DNA from: Octopus bimaculoides
Lineage: Eukaryota
Length of the DNA stretch: 41,680 nucleotides
Assembly (NCBI RefSeq): GCF_001194135.2
Contig: NC_068986.1
Location: 9,107,125-9,148,804, forward strand
Reading direction: 5' to 3'
Below the pieces are notes generated by a model. That model was not told the DNA's origin, made no database searches, and worked only from the letters and a program-made list of their open reading frames with translations. Below are positions 11,209-23,901 of this stretch, in pieces (positions within the stretch are counted from its first letter, which is position 1; the number at the start of each line of letters is the position of its first letter). Position numbers and translations under genes: made by a program.

Positions 11209-12795
11209 GTTTGTCAATTGATATTGCTCTTCATTTCACCCACTGAAAGTGTTTATTAATAAACCACGCTTCTCGATTATAAACGTCGTAAATTTATTGT
11301 AAACAAGATGGGAAAAGCCAAAACTCTTTCTTCAAAATAATATCTATTAAACTAGATTTATTTATTGTTTTAATATATGTTCGTTAATAAGTCAATGCTG
11401 CTTAAAATATTTCATGGTTCCAATTTATTAGATGATAGTTTTCGTATTTTCAACTATTTATATTCTGCTATGTTATTGTTTATTTTTTTGTTTTTTTTTC
11501 CTAAGAATATCTTACATTAAATTAACTCCTTTTTCTTTGACGTTTCCTTTTTTATTCCACAATTAAAAGCTACTAACCCCTAACTTAACAAAATATTTCT
11601 TACATAATTCCCATATGTTAAATATTTTTGCTGTCATTATATCCTAAACAATTCCAAATATATTAACTGTTTATGTCGTATTATTTGTGTTTCTTTAATT
11701 TTGCTTATTTGGAAATCGCAATAGGATGTCTTCTCTTGCCACCCACGTCTTAAATTTTTGCACTGAAATCGCAGATCGAATCCTTATTGACGTTTTAGTG
11801 TTCACATTTGCTTCATTCATCTGAAAATACCTTGTTGCAGATTGCGTGTGTGTACACTTCGACATAATTTAAAGAATAAATGCCTTCGTTACTTTTTGTA
11901 CATTTTCTCGAGAGAAGGGCACAACCCCAAACGACAAATCTACTTCTTCCAAATCAGTTTTATTGATCTTCTCCAATTGTCATCAACTATGATTCCCCCA
12001 CCACCACCCTTTCTATTAATATACTTCTGCTAAAAATTATAATTATCGAATGAATATATTTACAAATATTATTGCTACTGTTGATATATAACTGTCACGT
12101 GGATGTCGTTTGTTCAGCAGCAAACTACCATGACCAATGACAATCCAGTTATGGCCATCACCTTTGGTTTCCGGTACATCGTATTGCCCTAACTCCATCT
12201 ACTAATGTCAGTTGTTTGTTATTTGAACGTTGTAAAACGTAAAAATAGAACTTCTTGAATTATGGAGTACTTCCGTTTTGAGGAGGTAATTTTCGATCAG
12301 TGAGCAATGAGAGAGGATACCTAACGCTTCTGTTATTCGATGCTTTCATCTGTAAAGGGAGTCCTCCAACGATATTTCACCATTCTCACCCAACTGGAAC
12401 GTGATGTGACTTCCATAGTGTGGTATCTCGTAAATACTGGAAGCATTGTTGCTGGTTCAAGGATCGAAGCAGAGATTCTTAGTATTGATATAAAAGAAAT
12501 CATTTTAAACAAGTTGTGAAATGTCTTAACCTTGGTAAAAGAAAATGGGAACCTACAAGGTCTGATAGTAACCAATACAAATAGATCACCTGCAATACTA
12601 GAAACATTCCTTTCACTAAAATACCCAAACCCTCACCTAATACAGGGAATTCAGTATATCTCTTCAACAGATCAAATGCAACTAACAACAGCATTACAAT
12701 AACCCTAACAACTAAACTAATCTTGTTAAGTACCTAACAACAGTTATAGTACTGAAAAAATAACGGGTCACTTCAGTATAGACACACAAAGGTTT

Positions 12796-12976
12796 TTAAC
12801 TCTTTAGCATTTTAACCGGCCGTATCTGGTCCAAATATTCTGCTTGTTTTATGTCTAGACCGGCCACATCTGGCCTCTCACACCTACCCTACAATGTCAT
12901 TCTTAAAAATAAACACATCATTTTAGAATGAATTAGCATTACGTTTGACATAGTAATCTGGATGCTAAAGGGTTAA
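12796..12976 (-). mobile_element. TTAA-flanked MITE, family P1
   Basis: TTAACTCTTTAGCAT and ATGCTAAAGGGTTAA inverted termini; body is the reverse complement of 6594-6798. Confidence 0.8.
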
Positions 12977-13518
12977 AGATACACAAGATTAGTAATTTAT
13001 GGGGTGGGGAGTCAGTGCCATCGATCTCAGTATTTCACTGGTATTTAATTAACCTGGAGCAAATATTGCAAGGTGGGATTCTTTTTTTTTTCTTGATACC
13101 CTTATTTATCTTGTTTAAGGTAATAAGTCCTCAATAATAATTTCAATTCTTTGAAATCTTTCATAACCAGGGATCTCAATATAAAACTGGTATTGTGATT
13201 TGTTGTTGTTATCCAAGCAGCATACCACAAAGATATTCAATGAATTCTAGCTCGTGTCTGATGTCATTGGAATGGTAAATTCTAGTGGAAATGGAAAGTA
13301 AACATTTCTTTACCTTTTCCAAACTCTACAATTCTGAAGAATGTTGACAAATTATCGTTCTTGAAGAATTGGTCATGGCCAGTTTTTGAGCAGGTGCCTC
13401 TGTGTTGAAATGCTTTTTACTATGTTCATCACTCTTCACCTCACCAAAAATATTATTCATCATTGTAGAGACTCAAACTTATCTGAATAGCAGACATGTA
13501 AACAATTTTGAAATCCTT

Positions 13519-13858
13519 GGCATAGACATAGCTGTGTAGATAAGAAGTTGGCTTCTGTCCTACTGTGTGGCACCTAGGTCAACTAGTTTTGGTAGTCAGA
13601 ATTTAAAAGAAGCTCATCATATTTGTGTGTGTATGTGTCACCTGTTCCTGAAATTGTGCGAGAGTTGTAAACAAGTATCACTCTCATACAAGCAGTGTTG
13701 TTCATTTCCAAAACCTCCCATGAAAATGTCTGGCCTTGAGGAAACATCTTGCTTGAAAACAGGTATGGGTTCATGACAAGAAGGATATCCAGCCATAGAA
13801 AATTCTGTCCAACCCATGCAAACATGAAAAAGTGAACTTGAAACAATGCTGATGATAT
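13519..13858 (+). mobile_element. SINE family A with RTE-type tail
   Basis: Truncated A head, (GT)n linker, CATACAAGCAGTG block, tail CCAACCCATGCAAACATGAAAAAGTG ending in TGATGA. Confidence 0.75.
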
Positions 13859-14323
13859 GAGAGCCCATTGTCCATCCAGTGAGAAACTCATCTAGAAACA
13901 GGAAGTGCCTTTGAGAAACTTATTTCCAACAACCAAAGCTCAGTCTCCAATGTGAAAGATTTCTTTACCAGAAAATGTCTCCATTGTGGATCTCAAAGGA
14001 GCTTTGTAAGAGTTTAATAATTTGGAAAAGGAGGGTAATATTTTGACCTGGAGAGGAGGGCCAGTCTTTCTTTTGTTGACCATGTGTATTTGCCAGGGGA
14101 CAGCCTCATTGATGGTGAAAGTTAGCATTTATAGAGACTTTAAGAGTTCTGGTTGTGAATTATTCATGTTTGAGTGGAATATTGATAGTGTTTTCTAAAT
14201 ATGTCTTGATTTTGTATTTGTGTATACTATTGTTGGAGATTAGGTTTACATGACCCCATTGAGAACATTTTCAGGTCTGTTGACGGGGTCAAATGATTGA
14301 GACTTGGCATGCAGTGTCTAAAT

Positions 14324-14511
14324 CGATGATTCTCGACTATTTTAATATCTGGGCTGGAGCCAAAACCTGGATTCTTTTACGAGGCTTCACCAAAAGAAAG
14401 TACAACACAAATCAGTTAATGAAAAATTTACAGAGTGAAGATCATCACGGGCTGCCAGAAGGATGCTTGAGGGCAGCATGAGCCCCTGGGGGCCAAGACT
14501 GAGAACCACTG
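14324..14511. mobile_element. hAT-like MITE
   Basis: Degenerate inverted termini CGATGATTCTCG and TGAGAACCACTG. Confidence 0.5.
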
Positions 14512-15263
14512 ATTTAAACTGTACTTGGAAGACACTTGATTGCAGAAAGTTAAATAGGTTAATCTACATAGAAGCACTGTTTTCATTAAGTTAATTCAAG
14601 AATAAGGGTGTACAACATAAGAGAGTCCTCTAGTAGAAAGTCATTGTGCTGGCCATTAAGGGTTGGTGGGGGGTCATTCAAAGTGTTGATGAAGGTGCTG
14701 TGAGAAAGTTTACCAGTCTTGGAATTAGGACACACTTTAACGTATTTCCTTAACGAGTTTGGCAAAGAGAAGGGCTATCCTAGAGTGCATTAACAGTAAT
14801 GGGAGACTGTAAAGACTGGGGCTGGTTTTGTTGATTTGAGGTACTTTCCCACTTGGTATGTATGTAGGTGGTGGTGTCAACAAATATGGAGGCCTTTTCC
14901 ACTACATCCACTGACACATCTCATAAATTCTCATTCTCTTCATCTCAACTCCTGTCATTTTTTATACAATCTGAAAGTCTTAAAACTCCAGTGAGAGAGC
15001 TGCTATAAAGTTACTTTGCCTGCTAAAAATAACAACCAAAACTTTCAGCTCTCACTTCACTATCTTTAAAACAAAAAGGCAACATTGAATAATGTAATCT
15101 CAGGTTAACTTATATCTGAAAAGACAGCATAGTCATTGTGAGACAAGTTTCAATCACTGCACTCCCTTTCCATCATCCTCAAACTGTACACTCCAGGAAG
15201 AAATCTCCAATCCTCATCCAACTCCTCAGTCTCTCTTTAAAAGAATCTATTCCAATCTTTCGT

Positions 15264-15435
15264 AATCATCAATTAATGTCCATTTTCCATACTGGCATAG
15301 GTTGGACAGTTCAATAGGACCTGGCAAGCTAGAGAGCTGTACCAAGCTTCAATTGTCTGTTTTGACATAGTTTCTACTGCTGGATGACCTTCCTAATGCC
15401 AGCCACTTTACAGAATGCACTGGGTGCTTTTTATG
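15264..15435 (-). mobile_element. RTE-like retroposon 3' end (family D)
   Basis: Collinear with 3167-3375 (GGTTGGACAGTT..GGATGACCTTCCTAATGCCAGCCACTTTACAGA). Confidence 0.7.
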
Positions 15436-16280
15436 TAGATAAGGTATTGAAAATAAATTTTGGTGGAGAAGTTGAGAAGCAGTTGTTGTTCTATTTTTAA
15501 AACTGACCAAGTTGTGGACTAGTGTCTGCTTATAAAATTCCATTTATTGTCAGAAACAAAATATTGCACCATCTGTTGAATAGTAAATACAAGGGAATAA
15601 GATGCCCCCTGTTTGTATTCCATTTGTTGGCATGTGAGATAGGCATTATTATTCAATGTTGTTTTTTTAATGAACATTATTAAACTAGTTTCTATTAGTG
15701 GTGAGTTACTCCATTTGCACAGATTTCTTGTAAGCCAAAAGATCAGCTGCAGCGTATTAGATATTCCTAGATAAGATATCTTTACTACATGTTTATACAA
15801 CAAAATTTCATTATATTATCTGTGTTTTGGGGCCATCTCATTTGAATTGTTAATATTCTCTATTGTATTCTCTTGGTATGTGTGCACATTTTTAACTATG
15901 GGATTTCAGGAATGTTATTGTTGTTGCATGGAGCAATTTGTATGACTTTAGAGACTCCGTCACCATCATGTACAATGATTGTATTTAAGAAGAATAATAG
16001 TGATTAGGCACAGCAAAATGCCTTTTCTTTTTTGATCAGGAAAAAAAAATTAAAGACAATATATTAGTGGTTAGTGAGATCAAAGAGAAAGCTATGAAGA
16101 TATGGAAAAGAATCATGGCATTAAAGACTAGTGTGTGAAGGTATTTATTAGTGAAAATGGCCAAACTAACCAAGATCAAAAATCAGTGTCAACATCACTG
16201 AACAACAGAATGTCATTCTCTGATTCTGATATTGGCTCTCATAGTATTTTGCTTTTATCTTGCAATATTTGTTTGCATAA

Positions 16281-16486
16281 AGGTGAGGGGAAGCTGGCAG
16301 AAACATTAGCATGCCAGGCGAAATGCTTAGCGGTATTTCATGTCTTTATGTTCTGAGTTCAAATTCCGCTGAGGTCAACTTTCGGGGTCGATAAATTAAG
16401 TACCAGTTACGCACTGGAGTCGATCTAATCGACTGGCCCCCTCCCCTAAAATTTCAGGCTTTGTACTTAGAGTAGAAAAGAATATT
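16281..16486 (+). mobile_element. tRNA-derived SINE family B
   Basis: AAGCTGGCAGAAACATTAGCA head, GAGTTCAAATTCC B box, GGGGTCGATAAATTAAGTACCAG body, AAATTTCAGGCTTTGT tail. Confidence 0.85.
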
Positions 16487-16710
16487 TACTTGCATATAAC
16501 TAAGCCAATCATTTTGGTTTTGTTGGAACCAGTTTGCTCTCTTTAAATGTGTGCAAAGGTTTTGGAAATAATTAAGACACGCCAGATTTAATATCTATAA
16601 ACTGTCCATCACATGCCTCTTGCAGATGATGATAATTGGGAGGCTGCACCCTGTTTATTTTAAATATTTGGTGTGGATGGAACTTGACTGTAGAGTTTTA
16701 GACTCTAAAT

Positions 16711-16870
16711 TAGCAGTTCTCAGTTGCGTTTCCCAGGGACACCTACAGTGGTAGCCCCTAATGGTCTTCCCTCCATAAATATAATTTTTGTTGTCTTTTG
16801 GGGGTTTGACTCCCTAAAATAATCCCAGTTTTGGATTTGGCTCAGATGTTAAAACGGTGGAGAACCACCG
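16711..16870. mobile_element. hAT (Charlie-like) MITE with intact 8-bp target-site duplication
   Basis: Exact CTCTAAAT direct repeats at 16703-16710 and 16871-16878 flank degenerate TIRs TAGCAGTTCTCA and GGAGAACCACCG. Confidence 0.8.
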
Positions 16871-17616
16871 CTCTAAATAATTTGCATGTTTTTGTTTCAT
16901 CATTTCTAATTTCAAATTCTTCCAAAATAGATTTTGCTTTTATCTCCAGGAATATTCCTAATCATTCATTTAACTATTATTTCTTACTTCACCAAAATTC
17001 CTTTTATGAAATTGATACTTAGTTCCTTGAGATAATTGTGCTAGTTTGCTGGCACTAAATCAGTCAAATGTTTGTCTTAATTACTGAAATAAGACCAAAT
17101 GACAGTGTTTATACTCTGGCGGAACATGAACCATTAAAAAATATAATCCTTTATGTTGAATGGATGACAGTCATTTTATGATGGAACTCAATAATAAGTG
17201 AATGATTTTTTTTTTCAGAAGTTTATGAAATTATTTTGAGGTTTCACATTTTTAAAAATAGTTTTTAGAATTTTTTTCATTTTGTTTTGTTTATTTTATT
17301 GATTCACTTGCAACAGCTGTGATCAAGGAATTTATTCAAGCAGGGAAATCTAAAATATTATTAAATTAAGTGCTAGTTTCTCATTAGATGATATATATTT
17401 ACAATTGATGTTAGTTGAGTCAGTCTCTTGCTTCTCTGAGTTTCACCTGTGGGTTCACAATATCTTCAAATTCTTAACCTGGTAGATTTTATCAAATGAA
17501 AGTATGATCAAATAGTGATAATTAATGTATGAATAGCATATGGGAACTGGTATTAAGGAAGGATAGGAAAATATTAGATTTATAAGCCCTAAAATTCACT
17601 CCATAATTGCCCACAA

Positions 17617-17850
17617 GCATATGGTGTAGTGGTTAAGAGGGTGGGCTACTAACCCCAAGATTCCGAGTTCGATTCCAGGCAGTGACCTGAATAATAATAA
17701 TAACATCAAAAAATACCTTAAGAATGAGAACCCAGGTTCAAAATTTCTCCAACACATGATGAAGGCTGGAGGGTATATCAGCCAAAACGTGTTAACAGCA
17801 AACAAGATAAGGACAAATATCCGTCAAATATAAATAATGTACATAATTCT
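17617..17850 (+). mobile_element. tRNA-headed SINE (family E) with a Penelope-pLTR-like 3' part
   Basis: A box TGGTGTAGTGG, anticodon-like arm GGG-CTACTAA-CCC, B box GAGTTCGATTCC (17665-17676), (AAT)n linker, then ATGATGAAGGCTG..CAGCCAAAAC. Confidence 0.65.
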
Positions 17851-18167
17851 TGTATAATTAATATAGTTCTCAATATTTAACATTTTACTAAATTAATTAC
17901 CTTCATTCTGTCTGTCATTAACATATTTCCATATGATATAATCTCCTTGACGATGTTATTCCAAGATTAGCCTAATATCATACACTCGACTCTTTAGCAT
18001 TCAGAGCTCATGCAATTGTATGAATCAAGAAGTACTGATCTCTAATTGTGGAAGGAAGATGTGGGACGAAATGGGGAGAAAGGATCTTTAAATGTTGAGC
18101 TTCACAGAGGGGATGATAGGGAACCAAGACTCTAAGCATATTTTTAAATAAACACATTTTCACAAGA

Positions 18168-18440
18168 GTTGGTAACCTTTAATGGACTGGCAAGCCAGGA
18201 GGCTGAACCAGGTTCCAATCTGTTCTGGCATGGTTTTCTATGGATGAATGCCCTTCCTACTGCCAACCACTCCAAGAGAGTAGTGGGTACTTTTTACATG
18301 CCACTGGCATGGGGGCCAGTCAGGCAGCACTGGCATCAGCCACACTCGAATGGTGCTTTTTATGTGCCACTGGCGTTGGCCACAACAACAATTTCATTTG
18401 ATGCAGCAGGTCTTCTCAAGCACAGCATATTGCCCGACAA
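18168..18440 (-). mobile_element. RTE-like retroposon 3' region (family D)
   Basis: ATGCCCTTCCTACTGCCAACCACT block followed by subrepeats shared with 1-480. Confidence 0.7.
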
Positions 18441-18683
18441 TTGATCATTCACCCTAAAATAGGATGATATTTTGTGCAAATATTAATCGACTTACTGCTT
18501 CCCCTAAATTGCTGGCCTTGTACCAAAATTGGAAACCAGTTCTTGTGCCAATTAAGGCAAATGTGAACTAAGGCCTCTGCTCAGTTACTAATGCCACCAG
18601 ATTCATCCAACACAATCAAATTTTAGATTCTTTTCTTTTTTTCTTTTCTTTTTTTGTATATTTCTTGGAGATATATTTGTTTG

Positions 18684-19145
18684 AGGCATGGCAGTGTGGT
18701 TTAAGTTTAAGTAGTTTATTTCCCAACCACACAGTTTTGGGTTCAATCTCATTGTGTGGCACCTGGGGCAAGAGTCTTGTATTACAGCCATGAGCTAATC
18801 AAGACTCTGTGAGTGGATTTGATAGACAGAAACTGAAAGTTTCCCATCCTCTGTTTATGTGTGTGTGTATCCTTGTCCTGACATCCTGTGATAGTAATAA
18901 GTGGGTGTCACCATCATACAAGCAGTGTTGTTTATTTCCTGTCTGCCATGAAAGCATATCGGGTGAAACGGAAATATCATCTTGCTTGGAAGCAGGAGGG
19001 AAGGCATCCAGTCGTAGAAAATCTCATCAGTTCTTCATTCATTTAATGTCCACTTTCCATGCTGGTGTGGGTTGGACAAATCTACATCAACAAATACCAT
19101 CCAACCAACCCATGCAAGTATGGAAAAACAGTCATCAAAATGATG
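18684..19145 (+). mobile_element. SINE family A with RTE-type tail
   Basis: Head GGCATGGCAGTGTGG..GGGTTCAATC..GTGGCACC, (GT)n linker, GGAAGGCATCCAG, tail AACCCATGCAAGTATGGAAAA. Confidence 0.8.
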
Positions 19146-19255
19146 TCAGAGTCCTTTTTGAAAGAAACTGTGGTTCCTTTTTATTCACCTTATCAACATC
19201 TAAACAGTTTACCTTCACAATGTAAACTATTTTGTAAAAGAAGATAAAGAAGATA

Positions 19256-19422
19256 GGCGCAGGAGTGGCTGTGTGGTAAGTAGCTTGCTTACAAACCACA
19301 TGGTTCTGGGTTCAATCCCACTGCGTGGCACCTTGGGCAAGTGTCTTCTACTATAGCCTTGGGCCGACCAAAGCCTTGTGAGTGGATTTGGTAGACGGAA
19401 ACTGTAGGAAGCCTGTCGTGTC

Positions 19423-19467
<45 letters not shown>

Positions 19468-19676
19468 ATGTTTGTGTGTCTGTGTTTGTCCCCCCCAACA
19501 TCGCTTGACAACCGATGGTGGTGTGTTTACGTTCCCATAACTTTGCGGTTCAGCAAAAGAGACCGATAGAATAAGTACTAGGCATCCAAAGAATAAGTCC
19601 TGGGGTCGATTTGCTCGACTAAAGGCGGTGCTCCAGCATGGCCACAGTCAAATGACTGAAACAAGTAAAAGAGAGT
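19256..19676 (+). mobile_element. Near full-length tRNA-derived SINE family A
   Basis: GCAGGAGTGGCTGTGTGGTAAG head, GGGTTCAATCCC B box, (TA)n(GT)n linker, tail GGTGCTCCAGCATGGCCACAGTCAAATGACTGAAACAAGTAAAAGA. Confidence 0.9.
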
Positions 19677-19839
19677 AAGTGGACTGTAACGGCATATTCC
19701 CTAAGATAAGTGGAGAGAGAGATTTCAATGTGATGATTGATGTTCTGCAATGCATATTAATAATACTTAGTGTGTTCTATATGACTATTCACTTCCTTCC
19801 TCACTCACATCACTCAGCCTGATGTAATGCTCATTTATT

Positions 19840-20017
19840 CACATTGATTCAAATTAATCACACGTTGTCTCATGGCTTCAAGATTTCCATACTGTGATTG
19901 TTTATTTTTTGAATGACATTGCAGGGTAGGTATAAGAGGCCAGATCTGACTGGCCTGAGCATAAAACAGGGAGAATATTTGGGCTGGATGTGGCCAGTTG
20001 AAATGCTAAAGGGTTAA
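19840..20017 (+). mobile_element. MITE family P1, 3' part
   Basis: Ends AAATGCTAAAGGGTTAA; body matches the reverse complement of 12796-12976. Confidence 0.75.
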
Positions 20018-20409
20018 ACTTAAGCAATCACAGTTTATTAGAGAGCAATTAAAACTACCAGATAATTTTGATTTATGTATTGCATTCTGAGTGTCATTTA
20101 AATTTTATTAAATATAAAACAAAATGAAGAGAAAATAGGAAAGGAAAGTTGATCTCTAACTGCAAGAAGTAAACAGCAACCCCCTAAATCACTCCCCCTT
20201 TCATCTTTAGTTGTCTTTCTTTTGCCTCAATACACCTATTGTCTTAACTTGTTCAAGATATTGTGTTCACCACATTATTTTACATCATTCACTCACCTCA
20301 CTTGATGTTCCTTGCATTTTCCAGATTTTCTGCTGTTCTTTGTTTATTTCATATCAAAACGGTAGATATTCTTGCTACATTTGCTCACTGTATATACTCC
20401 TTCTAGTTT

Positions 20410-20580
20410 AACTCTTTAGTTAAATCAAACTGACCAAAATATTTTACCTCTTTTACACTTGAAACTGGCCAGATCCAGCCTCTCACTCCAACCCTACAAT
20501 GTCATTCTAAAACTAAACAATTACATTATTGAAATCTCAAAGCTATGAGATAATCCAGATTAATTCAAAACAATTTAAAC
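20410..20580 (-). mobile_element. MITE family P1, partial
   Basis: GGCCAGATCCAGCCTCTCAC..CCCTACAATGTCATTCT is collinear with 12860-12905. Confidence 0.65.
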
Positions 20581-20652
20581 AAATATATTTGAGACAATAA
20601 TCTGGAAACGGAAGCTTAACAAATTGTCAATACTCCTAGTTTTGCATGTTAT

Positions 20653-20715
20653 AGATATTGCTTCCTAGTTTAAAGCTTAGCAGATATTGCTTCCTAGTTT
20701 AAAGCTTAGCAGATA
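20653..20715. repeat. 29-bp tandem duplication
   Basis: AGATATTGCTTCCTAGTTTAAAGCTTAGC occurs twice exactly (20653-20710), followed by a partial third unit. Confidence 0.9.
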
Positions 20716-23419
20716 CTCCTTCCAGTTCAACATATTTGTGCTCCTTGTGTATTACATAATATTGATGTTTGTTATAAATAATTCTTCTCAGTTGCAATTC
20801 TAAATTTAAAGAACCAACCCATTTATATTTGACAGCAACTACATTAACAGTCTTGTAATAGTTGTTCTCCCAATATCCTGTTCCTATTTTTGGATATGAG
20901 TGACTTTACCACTAAAGAGTTTTAGAAAATATTACTCAAAATTATTGATGGAAGATTTGGCAAGAAAATGTATTTAGTAGAGATGGCAATTCCTCTAATT
21001 ACTAGAAAATGTTTGACAGTTACTGGGACCTGAGCCAAAAGTCAAATAGACTGGAATTGGATAAAACCTTCAAGAAATTTAATCTCCAAGAAAATATATT
21101 CACAAAACCGTAATTAATGACATTTAAGGTGCCAAAGTCTGCAACGAAAAGCCCCAGACCAAGATACATGGTCTTAGAACCATGGCTTCTAAATCTTTTC
21201 TTACAAAATTGTTCTCTATTAAAAAAAAAAATTGTTGAATGTATCCATAGAATGCACTGCTAATATAGAATTAATTTGGCAGTATTTTTTACCATTTAGC
21301 TAGTCTCTTGTCTATAAAATATTCCTTCCATTCTATCTCCAAATTATAAATCCTCTGATAGTCTAAGATTTCGGTTCCTCACTTGTCAGGTCTAATAGTA
21401 AATATACTGATTCCTCTCCAACACATTCTAGCTTAGCTCTTATTGCTGTTAGTAGCTTGGAAAAGTTTTCTAAGTACATCCTGCCCTCTGAATGGAAATA
21501 TCATATTTAAAAAACAAAGTTCAGAAATTCAATATGGCTCCTTACTGTTAATATTCAATATATCTGTGTCTTGCGGTCTTACTGAAGAAATGTCTTTTGG
21601 TTTATTTGCTTGCTTTTCTCTTCTGCTCCTACCAATGGGTGTGAACCATTACTACTACCATTCCCCTCTCTAAGCTACTTAAAACAAATTTCTACTTGAT
21701 GTTTCCTCCAAGCTCCGTTCCTGCCTACACACCGTCTGCCTTCTGCAATGAGACTCTGCAAAGACAAAATATATTTCCATCACTGTATCATTGGTTTAAT
21801 CTGAACAAAGTAAAATCTCACTGATTTACACAATATAAAATATTAATCTACAATACAGTTGTAGATTAACCCCAGGGAGAGAACATTTTTGTAGGCTAAA
21901 TGTTAAAGTTATTTCACATCCAACTAAAATGCTTTCCATTGAAATCCTCCACAACTTTCGACACATTTAAAACAGGTCACTTTTAACCTCCTTTTTTTAT
22001 TATACACTCTAGTACCAGTTTTATTTTTTATTTGTTTTCTTATGTTCCATTTGTTGAGCAGAAAGATTATAAGATTAAAAATTATTGCAAGTTGTTAAGT
22101 TTAAAGCAAAACAATGGATTATTTGTTGGAATGGAGATCGTGATTCTTAAAATACCTACCAACAGAGTATGGGTGTAAACAATCAATAAGAATGACTTTA
22201 ATGATTTTTTTTTTTTTAATCCAGAGAAGAATTTTTACATGACGGAATTGCTAACTATTTTAGTCTGAAACAAGACCTGTCAGCAAGATCCTTAAAACCA
22301 GCAGGTCAACCCCATTCTAAAACTATTTTCAAATGACTACCACCAGAGGGAGAAAGAGAGAAAGACTGGAAACTATATGGTACAGAAAATTCATAACCCT
22401 CACGAGAGAAGCTAATGTCACATGACCAGATACAAAGAAAATGGCAGCCAACAAAATCCAGTGGCATCAGCTTAATTCCAAGTGTGCTCGAGAGCAGAGG
22501 AAGAACAGAGGCAGGAAGACAACTATACTTAACATGTCCATGCAGACTCAGTCGTGAAAAGACAGATGCTACAGAAATGGTCTCAAGAGGAAAATTCTCC
22601 TTTGTGAAGGACATCAGGAGATTTTATTTTCCTCTCGAGACAATTTCTGCAGTTTGTCTTTTCATGTCCAAGTGTATATGAACATTTTAAATACGATTGT
22701 ACTCACCTACATTTCATTCAGCACTGCTTAGTGCACTTCTAATTAATTCATTAGTTTTTAATTTAAAATAACTGGCCTGAATTAGAATTGAGCTGAATAT
22801 TGAAATAATTTCTGTTTTTACTACTGTCTGGAAATAGCAGCAGCAAATGAAGTGGTGGTGGTGATGTCTTTATTCAACAAAAGGGGTTTGTTTTCTCAAT
22901 ACTTGATCAAATCATTGATTGATTGAAGTTTTATTAACGTCAGAAATGAGGAAAAAATATCAAATCATTTCTGTGTAATCAATGAGGGGGAATAGCTTTT
23001 AAGTAACATTATATTTGCACATTGTAACAATGACTAACAATGTTTCATTGGTGAGCATATGTGTGTGTGTGTGTGTCTCAAGTGGAACAACTTTACATAA
23101 TCAAATAAGACAGGTTTTGGTTGTATTGAAGGAGAAACGGGAGGAATTTCTTTGTTTCTGAGATAATAAATTAATAATGAATGGAGTGCAATGAAGTATT
23201 TCAAGTTTATTCTGTGTAGAGTGTTTCATTGAGTAGAGAGGAAGGAAAGGATAAGTCGGTCGTTGGTATCGAACCCTGAACTCTTCAATTTGAATAAGTC
23301 AACCAGTTAATAGTAATTTCCACAACACAGTGGAAATGATATTTCAGAATAAGACATTGAGTGAACTTAATAATGAAGGTTTTATGTTCAGTCAATGTTT
23401 AACATACTGATGAAGTTGT

Positions 23420-23866
23420 CGTCATCATCATCATCGTGTTAATGTCCTCTTTTCCATGCTTGCATGGGTTGGACAGGATTTATTGAAGCAATTTTCCTAC
23501 AGCCAGATCCTTCCTTTAGCAAGCAGAGTAATATTTCCTCAAGGCCAGGCATGTTTTTGTATAATGTTCAAAATGAATGACACTACTTGTATAACAGTGG
23601 CACTCGTTTACAACTATCACATGATCTCAAGACAAGGAGACACAAACATACACACACATATACATTCTTTTTTTTTTCTTTTTCTCCTCTGTCTTCCTTT
23701 TCTCATGAACTTTCCTCTGTCTCCTGCTTCTGAAGTAGAGCTTTGCTCAAAACGTAAAACCACCTTTCTTTCTTTCCCTGAGCGTCTGCTAATACTTTAC
23801 ATGTACCATGTCCTCGCATGGTTATTTGTTTTGTTTTTTTTGTGTTCTTCGTTTTTTGGGATTGAC

Positions 23867-23901
<35 letters not shown>

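Noticed and set aside
13870-14300. Protein-like frames suggesting a LINE remnant, including Q*GCPL
   Set aside because: No continuing RT motifs in frame; cannot be assigned without a database search. The same applies to 14520-14930, 20860-21780 and 31000-31310.
18809-19225. 138-aa ORF (also the 157-aa ORF at 23456-23929)
   Set aside because: Both lie essentially within SINE family A copies and include microsatellite-derived residues.
23240-23300. Minus-strand tRNA-like B box (GGGTTCGATACCA)
   Set aside because: No complete cloverleaf or acceptor stem; most likely a SINE head remnant. The tRNA-like heads at 4628, 17617, 19256 and 32384 were likewise not called tRNA genes.
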